Part shown: positions 9,564-18,597 of the stretch, piece after piece | Layout of the letters: every line of letters starts with the position of its first letter | Position numbering within the stretch: the stretch's first letter is position 1 | Source: an uncultured Gammaproteobacteria bacterium | GTDB taxonomy: Bacteria; Patescibacteriota; Patescibacteriia; UBA9934 | Direction of reading: 5' to 3' | Assembly: GCA_964582615.1 (NCBI GenBank) | Contig: CAZORP010000003.1 | Coordinates: 2,091 to 66,090, forward strand | DNA length: 64,000 nt | The notes under the pieces: model-generated | Database searches by the model: none | What the model was told of the DNA's origin: nothing | Seen by the model: the letters and a program-made list of their open reading frames with translations, nothing else | Program-made: the position numbers and the translations under genes

Positions 9564-10290
9564 GCGTGGATCAGGGATTCCGGGAACACTCACAATCCTT
9601 GAGCGCATCGCTCCCCTGATTAAACAGCACTACCTTCTCCTTGCGGGGTATTCAGCATGGTGCATGATTCCTGCGTTTGTAACTTTTTTTGGATCGTTTG
9701 CCTCGGAGAATATCCAAGGATTCCTTGAATCTTTAGCACTCATCGCCGACCTCTCACTTACCGCTTGGGTTACCGGTGCACTGACCATTATTGGCCATGC
9801 GGCACTCACCAAAGAGCCGCTTCCATCGGAAGAAGTTATCAGCTCAAAAACCCAGGAACACTACGTTCCTGCACTGCAAGGATTCCTCCTCACCACACTT
9901 CTTATACCCATAGGACTTCTACTCCTTATACTCCCCGGAATCGCCATCATGTTACTGACGATATTCTTCATTCCCGTTATCTATCTCGAACAAGGGCACA
10001 CCTGGAAAACCGCGCTTCTGCGATCAAAAGATATCGTCATGCAGGCACCCTTTTCTTTTGCAATGAGCATGCTTGGCATGACACTACTCACGGGCACTGC
10101 ATACATAGTTCTCGTGGGAATCTCCGGAATCTTGCTCACCTACGGACTTCATGTCCCATTTCTTAGCCTCCTTCAAGAGGCCGAGCAACCCGCATGGCTC
10201 TCACTGCTCCTGAACGCCCTATTCATTCCCCTCATGCCGTTTTCAGCGTTCTTTGTAACCGCTCTTTACGAAGAGGTAAAAAACCGATAA
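9541..10290 (+). CDS. multi-pass membrane protein, distant paralogue of upstream gene
   Basis: GLLLLILPGI and ALLRSKDIV motifs; hydrophobic helices. Confidence 0.7.
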   Translation: MKTDDLAKRGSGIPGTLTILERIAPLIKQHYLLLAGYSAWCMIPAFVTFFGSFASENIQGFLESLALIADLSLTAWVTGALTIIGHAALTKEPLPSEEVISSKTQEHYVPALQGFLLTTLLIPIGLLLLILPGIAIMLLTIFFIPVIYLEQGHTWKTALLRSKDIVMQAPFSFAMSMLGMTLLTGTAYIVLVGISGILLTYGLHVPFLSLLQEAEQPAWLSLLLNALFIPLMPFSAFFVTALYEEVKNR

Positions 10291-10301
10291 TCTCGGGCCA
10301 T

Positions 10302-11756
10302 ATGGAGCTTATTCCCGTCATTGGAATTGAAACACACATTCAACTTGCAACTGCAAGCAAGCTCTTTTGTAGTTGCCCAAAAAGCGACGCACAACTTCCC
10401 AACGTTCACACGTGTCCCATTTGTCTTGGCCATCCAGGAACGCTCCCTGTAGTAAATATCGAGGCTGTACGATCGGCGCTTCGCCTTGGTCATGCCCTCA
10501 AGGGAAACCTTGCATCCGTACTTAAATTCGACAGAAAGCACTACACCTATCCCGATCTTTCAAAGTCTTACCAAATCTCACAGTACGATATTCCCATCAT
10601 GGAACACGGAAGTTTGCATTTCATGGATGACGCGGGAAATCCATGTACTGTCACTATTGAACGCCTTCATCTTGAAGAAGATGCGGGAAAGAACATTCAT
10701 GATGCTTCGGGGGTTACCTATGTTGATTTCTCGCGAGGAGGATCTCCTCTGTGTGAAATTGTCACAGGTCCAGACTTTCACAAGGCTGAACACGCTAAAC
10801 GCTACGCGCAAGAACTTAGACTTCTTGCAAGAATGCTTGGCGTATCCGAGGGTGATATGGAAAAAGGCCATCTTCGCTGTGATGTAAATATTTCTCTGCG
10901 CGAACAACTGCCAGGAGGAACCCTCGGACCACTCATGCCAAAGACTGAAATCAAAAACATCAACTCCTTCCGAGCTATAGAACGTGCAATTCTTTACGAA
11001 ATCGAACGGCAGACCGATCTCTGGAACGCAGGAACTCCACCCCTCCAATCAACAACGCGTAGCTGGAATGATGATGCAGGAGTAACCGAACTTCGACGCG
11101 AAAAAGAAACAAGCGCGGATTATCGCTACCTTCCCGAACCAGACCTTCCTGTACAGTCACTTGCTCGCCTTCGTGAAGAAGTATGCGCGCATACTTTTAA
11201 AACTCCAGAGGAAGCTCGCACCGACATGATGCGGACCTATGAAATCAGTCGAGATGACGCAGATCGTCTCCTTGAGCGAAAACCGTGGCTTGAACTCTTC
11301 CAGCAAACCGCACCACTGCTAAGCACGGATGCAAAACCGCTCCTTGCACCATGGATTCTCACCAAACTTGCAGGAATTCTTGATGAGTACAAAAAAACCG
11401 AGGAGGCGTTCCCTAAGCCATCCGAATTTGGAGAACTTCTTGAAGACATTGCAAAGCACACATGCACTCCAGCAAAGGGACGGGAAATTCTCGAATATCT
11501 CGTTCAACGTCCTGAATCACCTTACGCTCAAGCAAAATCAGCATGCGGCGTGGAAAAGCCGTCGCAGGAGCGCCTCCAAGCGACAATTCAGGAAGTTTTA
11601 CACAAACATCCAGAAGAAGTTCTTCGCTACCGCCAAGGAGAAACAAAACTTCTCGCATTCTTCCTTGGTCAGGTTATGAAGGCAACCCAAGGCAATGCTC
11701 CGGCCCAAGAAACAAAAACCATTCTTCTTCACGAGCTAACAAAAACATCCTCATAA
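10302..11756 (+). CDS. gatB: Asp-tRNA(Asn)/Glu-tRNA(Gln) amidotransferase subunit B
   Basis: VIGIETHIQL, CLGHPGTLP, FDRKHYTYPDL, HLEEDAGK, RCDVNIS and DYRYLPEPDL motifs. Confidence 0.98.
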   Translation: MELIPVIGIETHIQLATASKLFCSCPKSDAQLPNVHTCPICLGHPGTLPVVNIEAVRSALRLGHALKGNLASVLKFDRKHYTYPDLSKSYQISQYDIPIMEHGSLHFMDDAGNPCTVTIERLHLEEDAGKNIHDASGVTYVDFSRGGSPLCEIVTGPDFHKAEHAKRYAQELRLLARMLGVSEGDMEKGHLRCDVNISLREQLPGGTLGPLMPKTEIKNINSFRAIERAILYEIERQTDLWNAGTPPLQSTTRSWNDDAGVTELRREKETSADYRYLPEPDLPVQSLARLREEVCAHTFKTPEEARTDMMRTYEISRDDADRLLERKPWLELFQQTAPLLSTDAKPLLAPWILTKLAGILDEYKKTEEAFPKPSEFGELLEDIAKHTCTPAKGREILEYLVQRPESPYAQAKSACGVEKPSQERLQATIQEVLHKHPEEVLRYRQGETKLLAFFLGQVMKATQGNAPAQETKTILLHELTKTSS

Positions 11757-11766
11757 GAGGATGTTT

Positions 11767-12825
11767 TTATGTATTATCACGCAATTTATCAAGTGCCTCG
11801 CGAAGATCTCTCTGTTTAACGAGCGCAAAGAATGTTTGCTTGGAAGAAAGCCCTCCCCCCTCAAGAGATGCGTCAATCTTTCTTAGCTCAGCAAGAAGCA
11901 TTCGTGCCGTGTCGCGCCTCTTAAAATCACCCACACGAGATGACGATGCTCTGTCTGGAGCATCGTGGAGTCCCTTGAGATTTTCTCGAGTTTCTTCTTC
12001 AATTTCCTGAACGGGAACCGTGGAAGCTTCTTGTCGAGAAAGAAGCTCTATATGCTGTCTGGCTTGCGCAAGACGAACATCGACATCACGCAATGCAAGC
12101 TCAATCTCGCGATATTTGAATGGAGAAAACCACGATGACGTAAGTGCCTTTCGCTTTTCAAGCCCAGCGCGCTCTTGACGAAGTTCGTCAAATCGTTGGG
12201 TGTAAAATACCAGCTCACGACCTCCAGACTGTTGCTCATGAAGTTTGCGAGATAGCGCCTCAACGTGCTCGCGAACAATGTCTGTCTTTTGTGTTGGGGT
12301 TGCAGTCCCTTGCGATGCGCGACGCTCGTAAGAAAGTTTCTTCTGTGAAGGTGTATCTATTTTTCCCGTAAGAAATTCTTCCTGTAGGCTATGAATTTTT
12401 AAATTCGCAAGTCCCAATTCCACACGATGCTTTGTAAGAAGCGCTTCGTAGTGATCTTTAAGTCGTCGCGTCTTTGGAAGGAATCGAGCAAACCATCCCC
12501 CAGTCTCTTGATTGCGTTCTTTGGTAATTTCGGCAATTGCACGCTCATGAACAACAACCGCTTCACGAAGCTGAGAGATCTCCAAGGATATCTCTCTCCG
12601 ACGTGCATCTTGAGAATTCTTCGCCGACATTGCGCCGTCTATGTCGCGAATGGATTTTTGGATGCGTTCCGTGGGAGTAACTTCACGGCTCATCATTCCT
12701 TCGCGTGGTGCGCCTATCTTACGAGCATCTTGAGGCCTATTGCGAACAACTCCGCCATCACCCATGCCCTCCTTGTGATTGCGGTGGATATATAGGAGCT
12801 CCCACAAAGTCAAATCCTCGCTCAT
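11767..12825 (-). CDS. hypothetical coiled-coil protein
   Basis: 352-aa charged helical ORF filling the gatB-miaA gap; start uncertain. Confidence 0.65.
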   Translation of the reverse strand: MSEDLTLWELLYIHRNHKEGMGDGGVVRNRPQDARKIGAPREGMMSREVTPTERIQKSIRDIDGAMSAKNSQDARRREISLEISQLREAVVVHERAIAEITKERNQETGGWFARFLPKTRRLKDHYEALLTKHRVELGLANLKIHSLQEEFLTGKIDTPSQKKLSYERRASQGTATPTQKTDIVREHVEALSRKLHEQQSGGRELVFYTQRFDELRQERAGLEKRKALTSSWFSPFKYREIELALRDVDVRLAQARQHIELLSRQEASTVPVQEIEEETRENLKGLHDAPDRASSSRVGDFKRRDTARMLLAELRKIDASLEGGGLSSKQTFFALVKQRDLREALDKLRDNT

Positions 12826-12920
12826 TCATTCCCCTGACATCAACACTTGCACCCTCTGGTATAAAAGGCCTGCCTTTGGGAAGAGAGTGCTCTCTCTTTT
12901 GTCTTTTCAAATCCGCACCT

Positions 12921-13880
12921 TCACCCAACATATGCTGTTGTTAAAAATTTTTCAAGAAGAACATCTGCTTCGTAGGCGTTTGCAACCCACGTAATTCGAG
13001 GATCTCGCCGAAACCACGTACGCTGACGTTTGGCATACTGTCGAGAATCTCGCTTTATTTGTAGTATAGCATCCTTTAGGGACACTTCCTTTCTTAGGAA
13101 TGCACAGATTTGTCGGTAGCCAATTCCTGTCATGCCGGGTGCATCATCGCCGTACCTATCGCGAAGGTTGCGAACCTCATCAACAAGACCGCGGGCAATC
13201 ATGAGATCTACACGCTCATCAATACTTGCATCGCTGAGGGTTTTTTCCTTATCAATGCCAAGAAAAAGTGAATGGTATCGCTCGGGATTTCTTGTTTGAA
13301 CTTCCGCTAAACGCCTGCCTGTAACCCGCAAAATCTCAATTGCACGCTCAAGTCTTCTGCGGTTGTGCACATCAATTTTTTCAGCCGTATCAGGATCTCG
13401 TTCAGCGATTTCTTCAAGGAGCTCCTCATTTGTTTTTTCAAGAAGCTCACGTCGCAATCCAGGATCTGGAGGAGCGGCGCCAAACGAGGGTCTATCAATA
13501 ACCGCGGCGATATAAAGCCCCGTTCCACCAACAAGAAATGGAAGCTTTCCGCGCCGATCCATGTCATCAATTTTTGCATCTGCGTACGCTTGAAAATCCG
13601 ATGCGGTAAAAATTTCATCCGGATTACAAAGATCAAACCCCCAATGTGCAACGCCGTCAACCAAAAGTGGTTTTTCTTTCACAAGATCTTCTAAGCTTTC
13701 ACCTCCCATCTTTCGAAGACCCTCAGGCTTTGCAGTACCAATATCCATGCCGCGATATATTGTTCGTGAATCCGCGGAAATGACCTCGCCCTCATGCGAT
13801 CGGGCAAGTGTAATGCCAAGTTGCGTCTTTCCAGATGCCGTTGGTCCAACGACAACCACAACGCGAGGAAGTTCTGCCAT
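12921..13880 (-). CDS. miaA: tRNA dimethylallyltransferase
   Basis: GPTASGKT, ISADSRTIYRGMDIGTAKP, VGGTGLY and YAKRQRTWFR motifs. Confidence 0.98.
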   Translation of the reverse strand: MAELPRVVVVVGPTASGKTQLGITLARSHEGEVISADSRTIYRGMDIGTAKPEGLRKMGGESLEDLVKEKPLLVDGVAHWGFDLCNPDEIFTASDFQAYADAKIDDMDRRGKLPFLVGGTGLYIAAVIDRPSFGAAPPDPGLRRELLEKTNEELLEEIAERDPDTAEKIDVHNRRRLERAIEILRVTGRRLAEVQTRNPERYHSLFLGIDKEKTLSDASIDERVDLMIARGLVDEVRNLRDRYGDDAPGMTGIGYRQICAFLRKEVSLKDAILQIKRDSRQYAKRQRTWFRRDPRITWVANAYEADVLLEKFLTTAYVG

Positions 13881-13888
13881 ATGCGCAT

Positions 13889-13896
13889 AGTATACT
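13889..13896. promoter_or_regulatory. palindromic bidirectional -10 element (AGTATACT)
   Basis: TATACT on both strands, each 8 nt from a divergent ATG (13880 and 13905). Confidence 0.55.
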
Positions 13897-13904
13897 GGAG
13901 ATCT

Positions 13905-15347
13905 ATGGTAAGAGAAGTACCCAACATACGATCACCCCGCGGCCGTGAAAAACCGGATATCGAAAATCAAACCATGCAGGACACCCACCTGCAACCTCAG
14001 GAAGACGCCTGGTTTTCTCAAGATCCCCAAGAATATCCGGAAGCTCCAGAGCTTCCCTCTTGGTACGGAAAGGATCAATTTGCAACACTTGCCGAAGAAA
14101 GTGGAAAAATTCTCAAAGGAGGAGCTCGTGCTCTCAACTTAATGCCCGGCAAGGAGCACGACGCCTACGCTCAAAACATCAAAGACCTTCCAAAGTCTTT
14201 TCTTGAAGCTCCAAAGGATATTCTCAAAGCAATTCATGCACGGCTATTTGAACAATCGCTAAATAAAACCCAAATAAAGCTTGGTGCCGTAATTAGCGAG
14301 GAGGTACGCGCAATAAAGCCAAAGTCAGAACTTTTAGGGCGCGTTCTTTCTGTCGCACGCGAGACTCTAAAAACTGCTCCAAGCTTTTTTGAGGCTAGTG
14401 GATTGCAAGATCTCGCACAGGAACACCTCCGTATTGGAAAGGGAATTTTTGGGGCAGTTTTTCAGAAAAATACCGAGGATCCCTATGTGCAAAAAGCTCG
14501 GGAAATTCCTGGAATGCTACGGGAAACGGCAAGAGATTTTCTTCCAATGCTTTTAGATCAACTTGCAAACGCACCGCAAGACCTTCAAAGAATATTTCAA
14601 GATCCACTAGCAAACTCTTCACTTCTCGAAGAACGCATGAAAGACATGCCGTCGGAAGAATCCTTCGCCGTAACAACTCCCGCAGAACGCACACTCGAAG
14701 AAACTCTTCACGATCTACAAACGTGCGCAGAAGAAACTCGCGCGCTTGCCATTGGAGTAAAGCTTGAAGCCAAGAATCTCGAGCTCGAACATACTCGTTT
14801 TTTCTCACGCCAATGCCGAAGCCTTCTTGAGCAACGAATGCGCCGTCTTATACATGAAGCAGGAGCATCAACACAACGCATACAAGAAACGTTGAATGAA
14901 CTTGAAGAAAAGATTTCCTCAGCAACCGCTATTGAAGGCGTCGAGGAGGTGCTCATAAATCTTCAAAAAGAACTCTTGGCGCACGAAAAGCGCGAGGATC
15001 TTGCCATACGCTACTACGCTGAACATCTCTCCCAGCGTATCCTCAAACTTCCCGAGGGTGTGTTAACAAAAAAAGAGGCTTTTCTCTTTGCAGAAAAACT
15101 TCAAAACAATCCAAATCAAGAAACACTCAAAGAGCTTCAACAAAATCTCGAGGAATATATCGCTTTTCTTTACACACAAGAAACTTCAACAAAAACTCCC
15201 GAGGAGGTGGAACTCCTTCAGGAAGACCTTCAACGGAACATTGCGCTTTTTGAAACCATAGCAACCGCAAAACTTCGCGGAGCAAGCAGGCGCATTCAAG
15301 AACACCTCGCAACAGGCGCGAGAAATCTCATGCGTATCGCCTCATGA
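13905..15347 (+). CDS. hypothetical alpha-helical/coiled-coil protein
   Basis: Long Glu/Leu-rich ORF. Start set at ATG 13905 to avoid overlapping miaA. Confidence 0.7.
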   Translation: MVREVPNIRSPRGREKPDIENQTMQDTHLQPQEDAWFSQDPQEYPEAPELPSWYGKDQFATLAEESGKILKGGARALNLMPGKEHDAYAQNIKDLPKSFLEAPKDILKAIHARLFEQSLNKTQIKLGAVISEEVRAIKPKSELLGRVLSVARETLKTAPSFFEASGLQDLAQEHLRIGKGIFGAVFQKNTEDPYVQKAREIPGMLRETARDFLPMLLDQLANAPQDLQRIFQDPLANSSLLEERMKDMPSEESFAVTTPAERTLEETLHDLQTCAEETRALAIGVKLEAKNLELEHTRFFSRQCRSLLEQRMRRLIHEAGASTQRIQETLNELEEKISSATAIEGVEEVLINLQKELLAHEKREDLAIRYYAEHLSQRILKLPEGVLTKKEAFLFAEKLQNNPNQETLKELQQNLEEYIAFLYTQETSTKTPEEVELLQEDLQRNIALFETIATAKLRGASRRIQEHLATGARNLMRIAS

Positions 15348-15362
15348 TCTAGAACTTGAAAC

Positions 15363-15392
15363 AAAAATCCCCACGTATTGTGGGGATTTTTT
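15363..15392. terminator. bidirectional terminator between convergent genes
   Basis: AAAAATCCCCAC-gtatt-GTGGGGATTTTTT. Confidence 0.8.
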
Positions 15393-17139
15393 ATGCGCGC
15401 ACATCAGGAATGCAGGCCTCAGTCGCGAGAACGCGAGGAAGGTCATCCTGTGCAATAATTCGAGACTCCTCAACGCCAAAGAGCTTTACCGAGAAATCTC
15501 CTCCTTGCATCTCTTTTTCTCCCACGACAATCGTCCAAGGAACCTTCGCCATTGCGGCATTACGAATTTTCTTACCCACCTTTTCAGAGCTAGCATCCAC
15601 CGTTACTCGCACGCCTTGTGATTTAAGGTTTTTTGCAAGATCCTGCGCGTAATCAATGTAACTATCCGCAACAGAAATCAAGCGAATTTGCTCTGGAGCA
15701 AGCCATAGCGGAAATACTCCTGCAAGATGCTCAATGAGCACCGAAGTAAAACGCTCAAGAGATCCCATGATCGCACAGTGAATCATGAGAATACCTTCCT
15801 TTTCTCCTTTTTCGTTAATACACGTCAAACCAAAGTTCTTTGGCTGATTGAAGTCAAGCTGAATGGTTGCAACCTGCCACGTTCTTCCAAGAGAGTCCTT
15901 TGCCATGAAGTCAATTTTCGGTCCATAAAAAGCCGCTTCGCCAACTCCATCGGTCCACGCAACACCCTTTTCATCAAGAATTTCACGAAGTGCCTGTTCT
16001 GCACGATCCCAATCCTCTGAAGATCCAAGATATTTTTCTGGATTCTCAGGATCTCGGCGTGAAAGACGTGGTACGAGCGAAAACCCAAAGGCTCCGTAGA
16101 AGCGCTGAATGATATTCCAAACAATTTCAGCTTCTTCTCGCACCTGACTTACCCGGCAAAATACGTGAGCATCATCTTGTGTAATGGAGAGAACGCGGGA
16201 AAGACCAGAAAGCTCACCGGACTGCTCATCGCGATATACCATAGTTGTTTCAGCATAGCGCACAGGAAGATCACGATACGAGCGAGGTTCACTTGCGTAA
16301 ATTTGCGTATGGTGAGGGCAGTTCATTGGCTTCATGGCAAAAACATGCCCTTCTCGCGTCTCAATCTTAAACAAGTCATCAGCGTATTTTGCCCAGTGAC
16401 CAGAAGTCTCGTAAAGATCCTTTTTGGTAATGTGGGGAATTGCTACACGCTCGTAACCGTATGCCTTACGAAGCTCCCAAACAAAGGAATTAAGCGTTTC
16501 ACGCAAAGAAGTTCCCTTAGGAGTCCACAGAGGCAATCCAGCACCCACGAGATCTGAAAATACAAAGAGACCAAGCTCTTTACCAAGCTTTCGATGATCA
16601 CGCTTTTTTGCCTCTTCGAGCATGGCAAGGTGCGCATCTCGCTCATCCTTAGTTGCAAATGCGATACCGTAAATACGCGTGAGTTGATCATTCTTCTCAT
16701 TGCCTCGCCAATACGCTCCTGCAACTTTTGTAAGGGTAAAGCATTCAGGATCGATATCAGCAAGCCCATCAGCATGACCTCCGCGACAAAGATCAGTGAA
16801 CATTCCCGAGGTGTACAACGTCAAATGTTGACCATCCTGAGAAAATTCATCGATCAACTCGAGCTTGTATTTATTGTCAGCAAATGCATCACGAGCTTCC
16901 GAGGGCGATACCTCGCGGCGTACGAACGCCTTCCAGCTTTTCATGATTTCACGCATTTTTTTCTCAATACGAGGAAGAGCCTCGTCGGAAAACGGCTCAC
17001 TAAAGCGAAAGTCGTAATAGAATCCATCATCAATAGCCGGACCAATGGTACGCTTTGCATCAGGATAAAGTTCAAGCACCGCGGCGGCCAAAAGGTGTGC
17101 AAGCGAGTGGCGGAGATGTTGTAGTTCTTCGGAGTTCAT
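15391..17139 (-). CDS. thrS: threonine--tRNA ligase (no N-terminal TGS domain)
   Basis: RHSLAHLLA, DLCRGGH, RDHRKLG, KPMNCPHH, AAFYGPKIDF and GSLERF motifs. Confidence 0.99.
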   Translation of the reverse strand: MNSEELQHLRHSLAHLLAAAVLELYPDAKRTIGPAIDDGFYYDFRFSEPFSDEALPRIEKKMREIMKSWKAFVRREVSPSEARDAFADNKYKLELIDEFSQDGQHLTLYTSGMFTDLCRGGHADGLADIDPECFTLTKVAGAYWRGNEKNDQLTRIYGIAFATKDERDAHLAMLEEAKKRDHRKLGKELGLFVFSDLVGAGLPLWTPKGTSLRETLNSFVWELRKAYGYERVAIPHITKKDLYETSGHWAKYADDLFKIETREGHVFAMKPMNCPHHTQIYASEPRSYRDLPVRYAETTMVYRDEQSGELSGLSRVLSITQDDAHVFCRVSQVREEAEIVWNIIQRFYGAFGFSLVPRLSRRDPENPEKYLGSSEDWDRAEQALREILDEKGVAWTDGVGEAAFYGPKIDFMAKDSLGRTWQVATIQLDFNQPKNFGLTCINEKGEKEGILMIHCAIMGSLERFTSVLIEHLAGVFPLWLAPEQIRLISVADSYIDYAQDLAKNLKSQGVRVTVDASSEKVGKKIRNAAMAKVPWTIVVGEKEMQGGDFSVKLFGVEESRIIAQDDLPRVLATEACIPDVRA

Positions 17140-17144
17140 AAAGA

Positions 17145-17290
17145 TAAAAAAGCCCAATGCACCACATACGCGATGACATTGGGCTCCATAAAAATTATTT
17201 GGAGGGTTCCACCCAACTTCCCCAAAGGGGCTCTTGGAATTGTGGAATCGCCTTTCAGGGGGCGGTACTCCCCATCACCAAAGCGATTAC
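17145..17290 (-). promoter_or_regulatory. T-box riboswitch (Thr, specifier ACC), ultrashort Stem I, transcriptional
   Basis: Antiterminator GGG-UGGAACC-CUCC...GGAG-CCC overlaps terminator AGCCCAAUG...CAUUGGGCU-U5. A 5' K-turn stem is capped by loop AGU-ACC-GC. Confidence 0.85.
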
Positions 17291-17296
17291 ACATTC

Positions 17297-17325
17297 ACTA
17301 TACACATCGGCAAAAAACCTCGCAA
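17297..17325 (-). promoter_or_regulatory. promoter for thrS leader
   Basis: Minus strand TTGCGA-17 nt-TATAGT. Confidence 0.65.
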
Positions 17326-17335
17326 GTGGCTACCG

Positions 17336-18532
17336 CTACGGGGCAGTTTCCTCACCCTGAGGATCCCCACCTCCCTGCTCCTGCTCTTTAATTTCAATAC
17401 TAATATGATCTTCGAGTGTTGGGACTCGCTGAAGCCAGAATGGTGTGAACGTAATAGCAACATCAGCAACAGCGTCCGACGATCGGAGCAAGGTGAATAC
17501 CTCGTGGGGAGCTCTACCAATAAATCGCTCTTTCGCAAGCGTTGGAGCATCCTCAGAAATAAGCGCCTCCCCTTCTAGGTACACCGAAAGCTCAGCTTCA
17601 CCTTTTTGAGTATCAACCGAGGCAATACTTGTCTGTACACCCTGATCACTGAGACGCTCCAAGAGAAAACCTTCCGGTATTCGCTTTTGAAGGAGTGATT
17701 TTGCGTATGATCCAACGAGATTCGTGTCATAAAAAACCCCCGTAACATCAGCGGTCATACTCAACGTAAAGCCACCAGCTTCAGAGCCAAGCGCAACGTC
17801 GGTAGTAGAAGAGACTTCATGGATATCGTATGTTCCTTGATTTACCAATTCCGCAGAAACGCCCTGCTGAAGCTCTTGCTTTCCCGCCGCAAGAATCTCT
17901 TCACGAAGAGCGAGCGTCGCATCATGAACATCTTGCTCAGAAAGCGTGCGAACATATTGCACGCCACCATGAAATGCCTCCTGAGAAACTCCATAAATAA
18001 GACTCTGAAGCGATGTTGCGAGTCCGGGGATCGTAAACGTTGTTGCGGCAATATCTCCAGAACTTCCCGCAACATCAGCAACGACAATAACAGAAATCTC
18101 CCCCTGAGCAGGAACGGTTACGTTATCCTTCAATCGAAAAAGAACGCCGTTTTGAGCAAGAAAACGCGTTGTTGCCACAAGCGGCTGGGGGCTATTTGTA
18201 GTATTTTTAACAACTACTGTTCCTGTTGATTTTCCCTCAATAGCTCGAGCGCCTTCTTGAGGAAGTGAAAAGTATCGCTCACGCGTAAGTGTCTTTTTTG
18301 CAACAAAGCCAGCAATTTGTCCATCGGAAAGCGGCTGAGTAACAACTTCAAGCGTTGCCGTGGTGGAAACCGATGTCGGCTTTGCGAAGACCGTAATGTT
18401 TGCTCGAGAAACTGAAAGATACAACACGACAAAAAGCATGAGAAACGTGAGGCCAACAAACGCAAGTGCAATTCGTTGATACATACGCAACGACCTTGTA
18501 AGCGGCCGCTGAAGCGATGGCGACGATACCAT
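17336..18532 (-). CDS. membrane-anchored baseplate J/gp47-like domain protein
   Basis: N-terminal TM helix; GTVVVKN...LVATTRF...VADVAGSSGDI...FTIPGL...FHGG pattern. Confidence 0.7.
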   Translation of the reverse strand: MVSSPSLQRPLTRSLRMYQRIALAFVGLTFLMLFVVLYLSVSRANITVFAKPTSVSTTATLEVVTQPLSDGQIAGFVAKKTLTRERYFSLPQEGARAIEGKSTGTVVVKNTTNSPQPLVATTRFLAQNGVLFRLKDNVTVPAQGEISVIVVADVAGSSGDIAATTFTIPGLATSLQSLIYGVSQEAFHGGVQYVRTLSEQDVHDATLALREEILAAGKQELQQGVSAELVNQGTYDIHEVSSTTDVALGSEAGGFTLSMTADVTGVFYDTNLVGSYAKSLLQKRIPEGFLLERLSDQGVQTSIASVDTQKGEAELSVYLEGEALISEDAPTLAKERFIGRAPHEVFTLLRSSDAVADVAITFTPFWLQRVPTLEDHISIEIKEQEQGGGDPQGEETAP

Positions 18533-18597
18533 AAAAAAAGCCTGGTAAGGATTCTTGGTAAAGTATAGCATCTTTTTTGAGGTTTTCTTTTGTAAAC

